DNA of 64,000 nucleotides from contig NC_086101.1 in the NCBI RefSeq assembly GCF_963921235.1, positions 190,898,001 to 190,962,000 of the forward strand, read 5' to 3'. Shown piece by piece: positions 23,961 through 37,285 of the stretch. Below the pieces are notes generated by a model. It ran no database searches. It was not told the origin of the DNA and saw nothing but the letters and a program-made list of their open reading frames with translations. Position 1 is the first letter of the stretch. Each line of letters starts with the position of its first letter. Made by a program: the position numbers and the translations under genes. The stretch comes from Mobula hypostoma (Eukaryota).

Positions 23961-26900
23961 GAGAAAACTGATCATCTCTGGCTGCCAATTAATGATGAAG
24001 TTTCAATCTGTTGTTTGTTTGGAGCCTTGCGAATTTCCAACAAATGTTACACGTAAGAGAATACATTATGAGATAATACAGTGAGTGAGAAAGAGTTTTT
24101 GCATGAACCAAAGTGTTCACATGCACTGTTTAATCTCTGGAATGTGTTTGATGCATTGACACAGGTATTTAGATAGATGAGGCGTAGAGGATATGCACCT
24201 ATTGGCGTCTAATAGGAGACATAGATGGGCAACAGGGTGTCATTCATTGTGGGCCCAACGAACAATTTCTGCACTGAACAGAACAGTTACAATGCTTAAG
24301 AGAAGTTTGGATACATACACAGATGAAAGGCGTATAAGGAGAATGGACCATGTGAGGATCGATGGGACGAACCCGAATAGTTTGTGTACGAGATGGGTCA
24401 AAGAATCAGGTTTTGTGCTGGCAGCTTGGGAGTCTACAGCTGTAGTGATATGTTGATATCGTTCTATTGCTTCACCTGGCAGCACCTGCTTGAACATTGG
24501 ATACATCTTACTAAAACCTTCGATAGCAGTCATTATGTTTGACTTACTCATTCTTACAATGTTTTTAATTTTAAAAAAACATTCACCTATTTAACTGTGG
24601 GATCATAAGAAGCCGCAATATGTAAAAAACAGCTAATTAATTCACAAAATTAACACCAGGCATAGATTGGGGGTCGGCTTTATCGACCACCTTCGTTCCA
24701 TCCACATCTACAGCTCCCGATGTAGCCATCTCCTCATTGGTGACACCTGATGGAGATTGGGGGACCACCTTGTTGATCACCTTCACTCCACCTGTAAAAA
24801 GTTACATTTGCCAGTGGCTAACCATATTAACTAAAATCCCCATTCCTATTCCGACATGTTGGTGCATGGTCCCATCTACTGCCATAATGAGGGGGAGTTG
24901 CTCACCGTATTCGGTTTGGATGGCATCCAAGCTGAAAGCAACAACATCGATTTTTCAACTTCTGCTGATCCCCCTCTCCTTCCCTCTTCATTTCCCCACA
25001 CTGCTCCCTTAACTCTTTTCATTCCATTACCTGCCTATCAACTCCCCCGGTGCCCTCCTAATGTCCTTCCCCGTTTCCCAAGTTCCATTATAATTTCCTA
25101 TAAGATCACTTCTCCAGCCCCTTCCCTTTTCCACTTATCACCTCGCTGTTTCTTACATCAACCCCCCTTCCCAACCCACTGGCTTCAATTATCTCCTTCT
25201 AGCTTGTCCTCTTTTCCCTCCCAACATTGTTTATTCAGGCTTCTCCCCTTCCTTTGCCGTCCTGATGAATGGATTCGGCCTGAAACTTCGAAAGTTTATT
25301 CCTCTATATACTGGCTGACCCACTGAGATCCTCTAGAATTTTGTGCGTTGTATTGAATTACTTATCTATATCTATAGACTCTTTGGTCCCACTTACTACT
25401 CCAAGGAAGACCATGCGGCCATTGGACAATTTTGGCTCGCAGTAGGGTGGTCCCCGTTGTCCCATTCCCTCTCTGTTTCCTTAATAGACGCCCATTAACT
25501 GCCTCCAAAACGCACTCTGTGTAATTTATTAACCAATCATCCCATGCATCCTTGTTGCATCGGAAAAAAAACAGAACACGCATACCCGCCACTGTCTGTA
25601 ACAGGTTTGTACGTTCATCCTGAGACTGCATGGGTTCTTTCTGGGTGAATCAGTTACCTCCCACATTCCAAAGATTTAGAGGCTGGGAGACCAATTAGTC
25701 ACTTTGGTGTATGTAAGTGCCGCAGGTTTGTTACTGTGCTGTATCTCTAAATAATAAATGAATAAAGTTTCCTCTATTAGTAAGACAGTTGTCTTCTATG
25801 TAAATTATAGAGCATGGTGCCTCAACCTGGGGTCCATGGACCCTTTGCTTAATGTTATTGGTCCATGGCTATAGTTATTTGTTCATTTCAGGCATGTTCA
25901 TGAGCCGTGGATTAACAAAAGTTTTCTGAAGCAGCAGAGTTCTTGTGATTGAAGGCCCTTCGTCTGATCTAGGGGATTGAGAGACATGTGGCTGTAGTGT
26001 GAAATGTTAATGAGTTCGTTCAGGTTCAAGTTCAATTGTCATTCAACAGAAGACTTGAAAATAATCAAATGAAACAGTGTTCCTCTGGGCCCAAGGTGCA
26101 AATGAATGCCAACAGTCAAACACAGCCGAGGGCACAATATTAATAGAACATAGAACAGTACAACACAGGAACAGGCCCTTTGGAAAACAATCTTGTGATA
26201 AACCTAGTAAAGAAGCAAATTAAAAAGTATCCAGCAGTAATCTTGCCTACCTACATATCCCTACTTTTTCCTCATATTCATGTGCTATCTAAATGCCTGG
26301 AATGTATTTGCCTCCACCCCCATACCAGACAGCGCATTCCAGGCATCCACCATCTCTGAGTAAAAAAACTTACCTCTCACATCCCCTCTCACATTCAATA
26401 GATGCCATCTGGTATTAGACATTTCTACCCTGGGAATAAAGATACTCCCTGTCTACTCTGTCTATGCCCCACATGATCTTATAAACCTTTGTCAGATTTT
26501 CCCTCAGCATCCGCCACTCAAAAAAAAACTAAGTTTGTCCAGCTTCACACATGCACTCTAAACCAGGCAGCATCATGGTAAATCTCTTCTGCACTCTGTC
26601 CAAAGCCTCAATATCCTGACGATAGTAGACACCAGGGTTCCTAAAGTTGCAACATAACCTCTTGGCTTTTGGATTCAATATCCCAACTAATAAAAGCAAG
26701 TATTCCATAAATCATCTATACCATCCTATTGATCTGTGTAGTGGAGGCTAATTCTCTGGATGCTTTCAAGAAGGAGCTAGATAGGTATCTTATGGATAGG
26801 GGAATCAAGGGTTATCGGGACAAGGCAGGAACCGGGTATTGATAGTAGGTGATCAGCCATGATCTCAGAATGGCGGTGCAGGCTAGTAGGCCGAATGGTC

Positions 26901-27559
26901 TACTTCTGCACCTATTGTCTATTGTCTGTGTAGCCACTTTCACTGAGCTATGAACTTGGATGCCAAGAACTGTCTGCTCAGCAACACTGTTGACTGTCTT
27001 ACCCTAACAGTGTATTTTCTCCTTGCATTTTCCGTACCAAGGTGCAAAACCTCACATTTATCTGAGTTCAACTCCACCTGCCATTTCTTTGTCCATATCT
27101 ACAAGTGATATATATTGTATTGTATTCTTCGCCAGTCTGCTACACAATCCACAATCCACTAATCGTGGTGTCATCTACAAATTTAATTACCCACCAATGC
27201 AGATTATTGTCCAGGTCTTTTACGAACATCACAAACAGCAAAGGTCCCAGCACAAATCACTATGAAACATCCCTAATTACAGATCTCCAACTCATTTAAG
27301 ACCCTTCAATCACTCATGTGGCATCACCCAATGCAGAGATGTTCAAAAGTTTCAGTTGTTGCTCGGAACAAACATCAGAATGGGGAATACATGCGATCTA
27401 AGTGCCTTTGACTGTGGAATGTTTGAATCGCTGTCATATTTTATGTCTGTTGTGCTTCTTCTTCTATCTGGAATTGTGTGTGATAGGGTATTGTCATGTT
27501 CTTGCCTTTGTGTTTACATTACTTAGTTCACAGTGAGTTTATAAAGGCTGTCGTTGTTA

Positions 27560-28110
27560 AGACCATAACACATAACAGAATAATTAGTCCATTCGACCCG
27601 TCTACTATGCTCTGCTATTCCATCATGACTAATTTATTATCCCGCTGAATCCCTCTCTTCTGCCTTCTTCCCGAAACCTTTGACGCCCTGACATCAATAA
27701 CCAATCCTCCAAAACTTCAAATATACTCAGTGATTTGGTATACACAGCCGTTTGTGCCACGGAATTCAACAATTCAACAATTCATTACCACATGCCAAAC
27801 CATATTCTTCCTTTGCTCGGTTCCAAACGTACTCGGATCCATGCACTCTGGTCCTAGACTCATCCACATGAGGAAACACCATTCCCACCTCCATTCTATC
27901 TCAAGCTTTCAATATTCGACAGGATTCAGTGAGATGCCCGCTCATTCTTCGAAACTGCAGCGAGTACTGGCCCAGAGCTATCAAACGCTCCTCATGTGTT
28001 AACCGTTTCATTCCTGGAATCTCTCGTGTCACCCTCCTCGAGACCCACTCCAATGCCAGCACATCTTTCATCAGATAAGGAGAACAAGCTGTTCTCAAAC
28101 TGCTCCATTG
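27560..28110 (-). mobile_element. Decayed CR1 3' fragment
   Basis: ORF 27901-28098 SPYL.KDVLALE.V.RR.TR.IPGMK.L..EERL..LG.YSL. Confidence 0.7.
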
Positions 28111-29234
28111 CTACAAAACGTACAGGTACTGTCTTCAGCTTTGTGAATGTGCGTTGGTTGGGGAGGGTGTGCAGTTTAAAGAGCAGGACAGGTTTGTTTT
28201 ACACAGAATGTGGTGAGTGCATTGAGGCACACTTTGCTGTTGTTTCCTTAAGTTCTATGAATAACTTTGCTCTCTGCTCGACCTCTTCCTTCTTTGAATC
28301 AACAGTGTGTTTTTTTTTGTGTCGTAAGTGCAGTTTAACAGTTCCTCAATATTCTAGAGCAATTGAAAAATGTCAGTAGTTCAGGGTCAGGAAGTAAAGA
28401 CCAGTGAGTGAGGAGTCCAAAGCAGTGAGGAGTGGGTGAAGGACTCCAGGGTGTCTTTGCAGGTTCCTGCAGTTAGTGTCAGGGTAGGGTACAAATAGCA
28501 GATTCATCCTTCACTTTAGTTGTTCATACTAAATGTTATGTCCAAAACCTCTGGCCACATCCATGGGACACACATGTTATCACACCAAAATTACTTGCAA
28601 TTACTCTATCTCCAAGTGAAAGGAACTTACAGAATTGTCTCCAGCATAGAATACAGAGACAGCTGAGTCTCAAAATATTCAGGAATGAACAATTTCTTAA
28701 TGCCAAATCATAAATAGAAGGGATTCTGCAGTTACTAGAAATCTAGAGTAACACATGCAACTTTTGGTGGCTCTCACCAGGTCTTGCAACATCAATGGAA
28801 AGGAATAAACAGTTGCGTCATGATGAAATTTCTTGGCCTAAAACGTCAACTTCCTTTCATAAACGCTGCCTGCCCTGCTGAGTTCCTGCAGAATGTCTTA
28901 CTGCCAAAGGTACTCTGGGTTAAGTTACCTGAAGTCGACGGTCAGCCATGATCGTATTGACAGGTGGAGCAGGGCAGGACAACCAAATGCCCTCTATCTG
29001 TTAACTGGGATCACGATGGTGGGTGGACGAAGAGGGTGGAATGTTACTGAGCGGGAATCAGGGTCGTGAAGCTGGGAGGCCTGCAGGGTTTCTGAGGTTG
29101 TGGAATGGTTAAAGGAGCGTCTATTCCTAAGACAGAATCAGGGACGTAGAACTGCGAGACATGTGGGGTGCGAGGGAGGCTGTGAAGTGGACTCTGGGAG
29201 CTCATGGGAAGAATCGCTGTCTGTCTACCCATTC

Positions 29235-31761
29235 CATAGAAACATAGAAACATAGAAAATAGGTGCAGGAGTAGGCCATTCGGCCCTTCGAGCCTGCACC
29301 ACCGTTCAGTATGATCATGGCTGATCATCCAACTCAGAACCCTGCACCAGACTTCGCACCATACCCCCTGATGCCTTTAGCCACAAGGGCCATATCTAAC
29401 TCCCTCTCAAATATAGCCAATGAACTGGCCTCAACTGTTTCCTGCGGCAGAGAATTCCACAGATTCACCACGCTATGTGTGAAGAAGTTTTTCCTAATCT
29501 CGGTCCTAAAAGGCTTCCCCTTTATCCTCAAACTGTGACCCCTCCTTTTGGACTTCCCCAACATCGGGAACAATCTTCCTGCATCTAGCCTGTCCAGTCC
29601 CTTTAGAATTTTAAACGTTTCAATCAGATCCGCCCTCAATCTTCTAAATTCCGACGAGCATAAGCATAGTTCATCCAGTCTTTCATCATATGAAAGTCCT
29701 GCCGTCCCAGGAATCAATCTGGTGAACCTTCTTTGTACTTCCTCTATGGCAAGGATGTCTTTCCTCAGATTAGGGGACCAAAACTGCACACAGTACTCCA
29801 GGTGTGGTCTCACCAAGACCTTGTACAACTGCAGTAGTACCTCCCTGCTCCTGTACTCGAATCCTCTCGCTATAAATGCCAGCATACCATTTGCCTTTTT
29901 CAACGCCTGCTGTACCTGCATGCCCACTTTCAATGACTGGTGTATAATGACAACCAGCTCTCGTTGCACCTCCCCTTTTCCTAATCGGTCACCATTAAGA
30001 TAATAATCTGTTTTCCTGTTTTTGCCACCAAAGTGGATAACTTCACATTTATCCACATTAAATTGCATCTGCCATGAATTTGCCCACTCACCTAACCTAT
30101 CCAAGTCACCTGCATCCTCTTAGCATCCTCCTCACAGCTAACACTGCCGCCCAGCTTCGTGTCATCCGCAAACTTGGAGATGCTGCATTTAACTCCCTCA
30201 TCCAAGTCATTAATATATATTGTAAACAACTGGGGTCCCAGCACTGAGCCTTGCGGTACCCCACTAGTCACTGCCTGCCATTCTGAAAAGGTCCCGTTTA
30301 TTCCCACTCTTTGCTTCCTGTCTGCCAACCAATTCTCTATCCACATCAATACCTTACCCCCAATACCGTGTGCTTTAAGTTTGCACACTAATCTCCTGTG
30401 TGGGACCTTGTCAGAAGCCTTTTGAAAATCCAAATATACCACATCCACTGGTTCTCCCCTATCCACTCTACTAGTTACATCCTCAAAAAATTCTATGAGA
30501 TTCGTCAGACATGATTTTAATTTCACAAATCCATGCTGACTTTGTCCGATGATTTCACCGCTTTCCAAGTGTGCTGTTATCACATCTTTGATAACTGAAT
30601 CTAGCAGTTTCCCCACTACCGATGTTAGGCTAACCGGTCTATAGTTCCCTGGTTTCTCTCTCCCTCCTTTTTAAAAAGTGGGGTTACATTAGCCACCCTC
30701 CAATCCTCAGGAACTAGTCCAGAATCTACAGAGTTTTGAAAAATTATCACTAATGCATCCACTATTTCTTGGTCTACTTTCTTAAGCACTCTGGGATGCA
30801 GACCATCTGGCCCTGGGGATTTATCTGCCTTTAATCCCTTCAATTTACCTAACACCACTTCCCTACTAACATGTATTTCCCTCAGTTCCTCCATCTCACT
30901 GCACCCTCTATTCCCTACTATTTCCAGACGATTATTTATGTCCTCCTTAGTGAAGACAGAACCAAAGTAATTATTCAATTGGTCTGCCATGTCCTTGTTA
31001 CTAATAATCAATTCACCTATTTCTGTCTGTAGGGGACCTACATTTGTCTTAACCAATCTTTTTCTTTTCACATATCTATAAAAGCTTTTACAGTCAGTTT
31101 TTATGTTCCCTGCCAGTTTTCTCTCATAATCTTTTTGCCCCTTCCTAATTAAGCCCTTTGTCCTCCTCTGCTGAACTCTGAATTTCTCCCAGTCCTCAGG
31201 TGAGCCACTTTTTCTGACTAATTTGTAAGCTTCCTCTTTGGATTCGATAGTATCCCTAATTTCCCTTGTCAGCCACGGGTGCACTACCTTCCCTGATTTA
31301 TTCTTTTGCCAAACTGGGATGAACAATTGTTGTAGTTCATCCATGTGATCTTTAAATGCTTGCCATTGCATATCCACCTTCAACCCTTTAAGTGTCATTT
31401 GCCAGTCTATCTTAGCTAATTCACGTCTCATACCTTCAAAGTTACCCTTCTTTAAGTTCAGAACCTTCGTTTCTGAATTAACTATGTTACTCTCCATTTT
31501 AATGAAGAATTCCACCATATTATGGTCACTCTTACCCAAGGGGCCTCTCATGACAAGATTGCTAATTAACCCTTCCTCATTGCTCAAAACCCAGTCCAGA
31601 ATAGCCTGCTCTCTAGTTGGTTCCTCGACATGTTGGTTCAAAAAACCATCCTGCATACATTCCAAGAAATCCTCTTCCTCAGCACCTTTACCAATTTGGT
31701 TCACCCAGTCTACATGTAGATTGGAGTCACCCATTATAACTGCTGTTCCTTTATTGCACAC
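29235..31761 (-). mobile_element. CR1 LINE ORF2 (end of endonuclease, RT, C-terminus), frameshifted into three ORFs, with 3' tail
   Basis: ORFs 30625-31761, 30092-30616 (QHGF, YLDFQKA, QGSVLGP, FADD) and 29334-30104. Confidence 0.95.
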
Positions 31762-32039
31762 ATAGGATGATGATGTTTCCTTTCAAGGAGAAGCGTGTGC
31801 GTGAGCCAGTTTAGTCGCCGACCACCCGGCCATGTGACAGGCAGTGCTGGGTTACATGGTACCAGTAGCACTCAGACGAGTGGCCTGATAGATCCTTCAA
31901 TTGTAAGGACACTTGTGCACTGCCCGCCTCCCAGCACATAGATAGTTTACACTGTTGATGCATTCCACGTGTAATTAATGCATAATTGTATCCGAATCTG
32001 AACTGATGTGATTGCAGACGACTTGAGTCTGTGCTTCCA

Positions 32040-34640
32040 GATACCCTGCAAAGTTCAAAATAATTATCAAAGAACGTATATCTCATCACATACTACCCAA
32101 AGATTCACTTTCATGCAGCGATTCAATGGTTTAATGGTACAATGGTTGAATTTGATATCAGAGAATGTATTTCGTATACAACCTGAAATTTTTACTCTTT
32201 GCAGACATCCACGAAGTAGAAAGAAAACCTCCAAAGAATGAATGATAGAAAATGTCAGTATCCCAAAGACTTCCACTGCCCACTCACAGGCAACAACAAA
32301 AGCAGCAATCAACCAGTGGGCAAAGCTCACACCCCTGAGGTGCACGAGTATTGAATGTGAGCGAGGAGGATGTGTTATCACCAATCCGCACTGATTGTGG
32401 TCTTCTGGTTGGGAAGTCGAGGATCCAATTGCAGAGGGAGGTACAGAGGCCCAGGTTCGGCAACCTCTCAATCAGGATTGTGGGAATGATGGTATTAAAT
32501 GCTCAGCTATAGTCGATGAACAGCATCCTGACACAGGTGCTTGTATTGTCCAAATGGTCTAACGCCGTGTGAAGAGCCATTGAAATTGCGTCTGCCGTTG
32601 ACCTATTGGCGATAGGCAAACTGCATTGGATCCAGGTCCTTGCTGAGGCAGGAATTCATAACAACCTCTCAAAGCATTTCATCACTGTAAATATGAATGC
32701 TACTAAGCGATAGTCATTAAGACAGATCACATTATTATTCTTAGGCACTGGTATAATCGTTGCCTTTCTGAAGCAAGTGGGAACTTCCACCTGTAGCGGT
32801 GAGAGGTTGAAAATGTCCTTGAATACTCCCAAACTTCCGCCCTGCGAGGGTTCACCCTCTTTAAAGACAGCGTAACATTGGCCTCCGAGGCAGAGATGAC
32901 AGGTTCACTAGGTGCAGCAGGGATCTTCACAGCTGTAGTTGTATTCTCCATTTCAAAGGGGGCATAGAAGGCATTGAGTTCATGGTAGTGAAGCATCGCT
33001 GGCATTCGGGCTATTGGGTTTCGCTTTCTAGGAAGTAATGTCTTGCAGAACCTGCTGGAGTTGCCGTGCATCTGAGGTCGCCTCCAACCTCGTTCAAAAT
33101 TGTCTCCTTGCGCCTTGAAGTAGCACTCTGCAAGTCAGACCTGTTTTTCTGGTGCAGACCTCGGTCGCCGGCCCAGAATGCCACAGATGTAGCCTTCAGC
33201 AAATGACGTACCTCCTGGTTCATCCACAGCTTTTGGTTTAAGAATATATAGCAAGTCTTTGCAGTCACCCCGCCTACACTCATCCACATAGGTTTTAATG
33301 AAGTCAGTAACAACTGCAGCATCCTATCCAGTTTCCAAGATGAATGCCTGAATACAGTCCAGTTGACCAATTCAATGCAGTCCTGTAGGCGCTCTTGTGC
33401 TTCCATTGTTGATGAATTCTTGGTCCTCAAGACTGGTACTGGAATCTTCAGTCTCTGCCTATACTCAGGGAGTAGAATTACAGCCAACTGATCAAATTTC
33501 ACGAAGTGAGGGAGTGGAATAACACAGTAATCATTCTTGATGGTGGTGTAACAAAGTTCCAGAATGTTGTTTCCTCTGGTATTGCAAGTGATCTGTTGTG
33601 TGTGTTTTCTTTTTAAGAATAGCCTGGTTAAAATCCCCCAAAACGACGGTGAAGGCGTTAGGGTGTGCTGTTTCGTGCACGTTAAACCCAATGCTCAGAT
33701 CACCTAAAGCCTCATAGACATTGGCCTGTGGTGGAATGTTCACTGCTAACTAAATGACCCAGGAGAACCCCTGTGGTAGGTTACTTAACTGCCAGATATT
33801 CCAGGTCTGGTGAGCAGAATTTGGACAGCACTTATGTATTTGTGCACCAAGAGGAGTTGATCATGAGGCAAGAGACATCTCTCATGATCATGATACTGAG
33901 AGACTCTGTAGATCTATCTTGGCAGTGTATAGTAAACCCTTCGATCTGGATCACTGCGTCCAGTTATCTAAAGGCATCCGTTAGTCTTATGAGACCATGG
34001 ATTTGCGCCTTGGAAGGTTTCCAGGACGCAGGCCTGTGCAAGGTTGTATGGAAGTCTAGCAGTTCCCATGCCGCAAGTCTCCCCCCTCCACGCCACCAAT
34101 GTTGTCCAAGGGAAGGGCATTAGGACCCATACAGCTTGGTACCGATGTCGTGGCAGATCGATGTGTGGTTCGGTGCCTTACTCAAGGACACACACACTGC
34201 TTCATCCAAGGCTCGAATTAGCGACCTTCAAATCACTAGACGAACGCCATAACCACTTGGCCAGGCGCCAACACAGCATCCGGTATGGAAGGGGTTAACC
34301 AGGATTCCGTGAAACAAAGAACACACACTGTCCTAATATCCCTCTGATTCAGCACCCTAGCTCTGAGATAATTGATTTTATTCACCAGAGACGGTACATT
34401 TTCCAGCAAGATAGTCGATATTGGGAGTTTAAAACTCCGTTTACTTAAACGCCCTTGTGCCCTGATCTGCAGCCACATTTCCTACATGGCATCCGGCGAA
34501 GAATACGTCCACAATCGGTATTGTTTCTGTCCTTTTTAAGAAGTGATAGTTCATTTAATCGCATGAAGATGTCTTTGCTAACTGTACTGACCTTGGAGCA
34601 GTTGTGTTTTTAGCTGTATCAGGCTGAAGCGAGAATAATT
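32040..34640 (-). mobile_element. Rex1/Babar-type LINE, decayed and internally deleted
   Basis: ORF fragments LENVPSLVNK..LCFTESWL (endonuclease), TRGNNILELCY, QKLWMNQEV, RVNPRRA, and a 3' end at ~32070-32470. Confidence 0.75.
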
Positions 34641-36190
34641 AATCGTATCGATTAAGAGTTCTGCTGCCACACAAATCGCCTCGAAGCACCCTCGATTGAA
34701 ACAAAATGATATACAGCATAAAAGGAAGCGGCCTGAACACCGAATCCTGTGGAATACCACCAGTTACTGGCAGCCAACCAGAAAAAGATCCTTTTATTCC
34801 CACTCGCTCCCTTAAGGAAACCATGCTGACTTCATCCTAACTTGTCCTGTGTCATCCTTAACAATTCATTCCATCATCTTCCCAGCCATTGTGGTCAGGC
34901 CAACTGGTTTATAATTTCTTTCTGCTGCCTTCCTCCTTTCTTAAAGAGTGGAGTGACACTTGCAATTTCCAGTCCTCTGGCATCATTCCAGTCCAATGAT
35001 CAATTTGAAAGATCATTATAAATGCCTCCACAATCTCTACTGCTATCTCTTTCAGAACACTAGGGCGCGGTTCATCTGGTACAGGTGACTAATATACCCT
35101 TAAGGCTTTCAGCTTTTTGAGTATATTCCCCCTTGTAATAGTAACTGCAATCACTTCTCTTCCCTCACATCCTTCAACATCTGGAACACTGTGAGTGTCT
35201 TCCACAGTGAAGCCTGATGCAAAGTACTCATTTCGTTCATCATTCATCTCCTTGTCCCTCGTTATTATTTCTCCAGCTTCATTTTCTAGCGGTCCTATAT
35301 CCACTCTCATCTCTCTTTTATTTATAACATACTTCAAAACTCTTTCACTATCCACTTTGATATTGTTTGCAAACTTCCTTTCATATTTCATCTTTTCCCT
35401 CCTAAAGATTATTTCAGTTTCCCTTGGTAGGGTTTTTAAAGCTTCCCCATCTACTGTCTTCCCATTAATTTTTCCTTTGTTGTGTGCTCTCTCTTTTGCT
35501 TTTACATTACCTTTGACTTCCCTTGTCAGCCACGGTTGTACTATTTTCCCACTTGAGTATTTCTTCTCTTTTGGAATACATCTATCCTGTTGCATCCTCT
35601 GTTTTTTACAGTAATTCACACCTTTGCTGCTCTGCTGTCATCCTTGCCAGCAGCTTCTTACACTTTACTTTGGCCCACTCCTCTCTCATACAAATTTAAT
35701 TTCCTTTACTCCACTGAAAGACTGCTACCTCAGACTTTCAAGTTGAACTCAATTATATTGTAATCACTGTCTCCTAAGGGTTCTTTTACCTTAAGCTCCC
35801 TTATCACCTCCAGTTCATTACATAACATTAAAACCAGTATAACTGATCCCCTGCTAATCTCAATGACAAACTGCTCTGAAAAGCTATCTCTTAGGCATTC
35901 AACAAACTCACTTTCTTGAGATCCATGACAAACCTGATTTTCCCAATCAACCTGCATGTTGAAATCTTCCATGACAAACATATCATTGCCCTTTTGACAC
36001 TGCTTTTCTATTTCCCATTGTAATCTGTTGTCCACATCCCAGGACTGTTGGGAGGCTTGTATATAAGTACCATTCTTCAGCCATGAATCAGTGATGACCA
36101 CAACATCATACCTGACAATCTCTAATAGTGCAACATGATCATCCACCTTATTTCTTATACTCTGTGCATTGAGATATAACACTCTGAGTA
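34640..36190 (-). mobile_element. CR1 ORF2 fragment (endonuclease + linker)
   Basis: MLYLNAQSIRNK..ITDSWL; GKIVQPWLTREVK..ERKFANNIK. Confidence 0.85.
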
Positions 36191-36194
36191 CCGC

Positions 36195-37285
36195 ATTTAC
36201 TACTCATGGCTGAAGGATGGTTGTAGTTGGGATCTGAATGTCCAAAGTTACACATTGTATCAAAGGGATAGGAGGTAGGCAGAGGAGGTAGTGTGGTTCT
36301 ACTCGTAAAGAATGGCATCAAATCAGTAGAAAGATGTGACATAGGATCAGAAGGTGTTGAATCCTTGTGGGTTGAGTTAAGAAACTGCACGGCTAATAGG
36401 ACCCTTATGGCAGTTAAACAGAGCCCTCCAAACAGTGCTTGGAGGTGGACCCCACGTTACAACGGGAAATAGAAAAGGCGAGTCAAAAGGGCAATATTAT
36501 GGTCGTCATGGAAGATGTTAACATGCAGGTCGATTGGGAAAATAAGGTTGGTAATGGATCTCAAAAGAGTGAGTTTGTTAAAAGCCTAAGAGATATCTTT
36601 TCAGGGCAGTTTGTCTTTGAGCCTACTAGGTGATCAACTATACTGGATTAGGTGTTATGTAATGAACCAGAGGGGATTGGGGAATTTAAGGTAAAAGAAT
36701 CCTTAGGAAACAGTGATCACAATATAATTGTGTTCAACTTGAAAATTGATAGGGAGAAAGTAAAAGCTGTCATAGCAGTATTTCAGTAAATTAAGGGATA
36801 TTACAGTGGTATGAGAGAGGCGTTAGCCAAAGTAAACTGGAAAGAGCTACTGGCAGGGATGTCAGCAGAGCAGCCATGGCATGCGTTTCTGGGGGAAAAA
36901 TGAGGAAGGTGCAGGACAAGTGTATTCCACAACTGAAGAAATACTCAAATGGCAAAATAGTACAGCCGTGGCTGACAAAGGAAGCCAATGCAAAAATTAG
37001 TGAGAAGATAGAGGATTGGAAATATTTCAAAAACCTACAGAGAGCAACTGAAAAAACCATTAGAAGTGGAAAGATAAAGTATGAAAGCAGGCTCGCAAAT
37101 AATATCAAAGTGGATAGTAAAAGTTTCTTCAGGTATATTGAAAATAAAAGAGAAATGAGAGTCGGCATAGAACCGAGAGAAAGTGAGGCGGTAGAAATAA
37201 TAATGGAGGACAAGGAAATGGCTGATGAACTAAATGAGTATTTTGCATCAGCCTTCACTGTGGAAGACACTAGCAGTGTGCCTTA
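36195..37285 (+). mobile_element. CR1 ORF2 fragment of the same subfamily, head-to-head with the previous one
   Basis: ORF 36876-37316 GKIVQPWLTKE..YESRLANNIK..MADELNEYFASAFT. Confidence 0.85.

Noticed and set aside
23309-23971. Plus-strand ORFs overlapping CR1 (also 29548-30425, 31484-31765, 50949-51230, 53680-54084)
   Set aside because: Antisense shadows of CR1 ORF2, repeated with each copy
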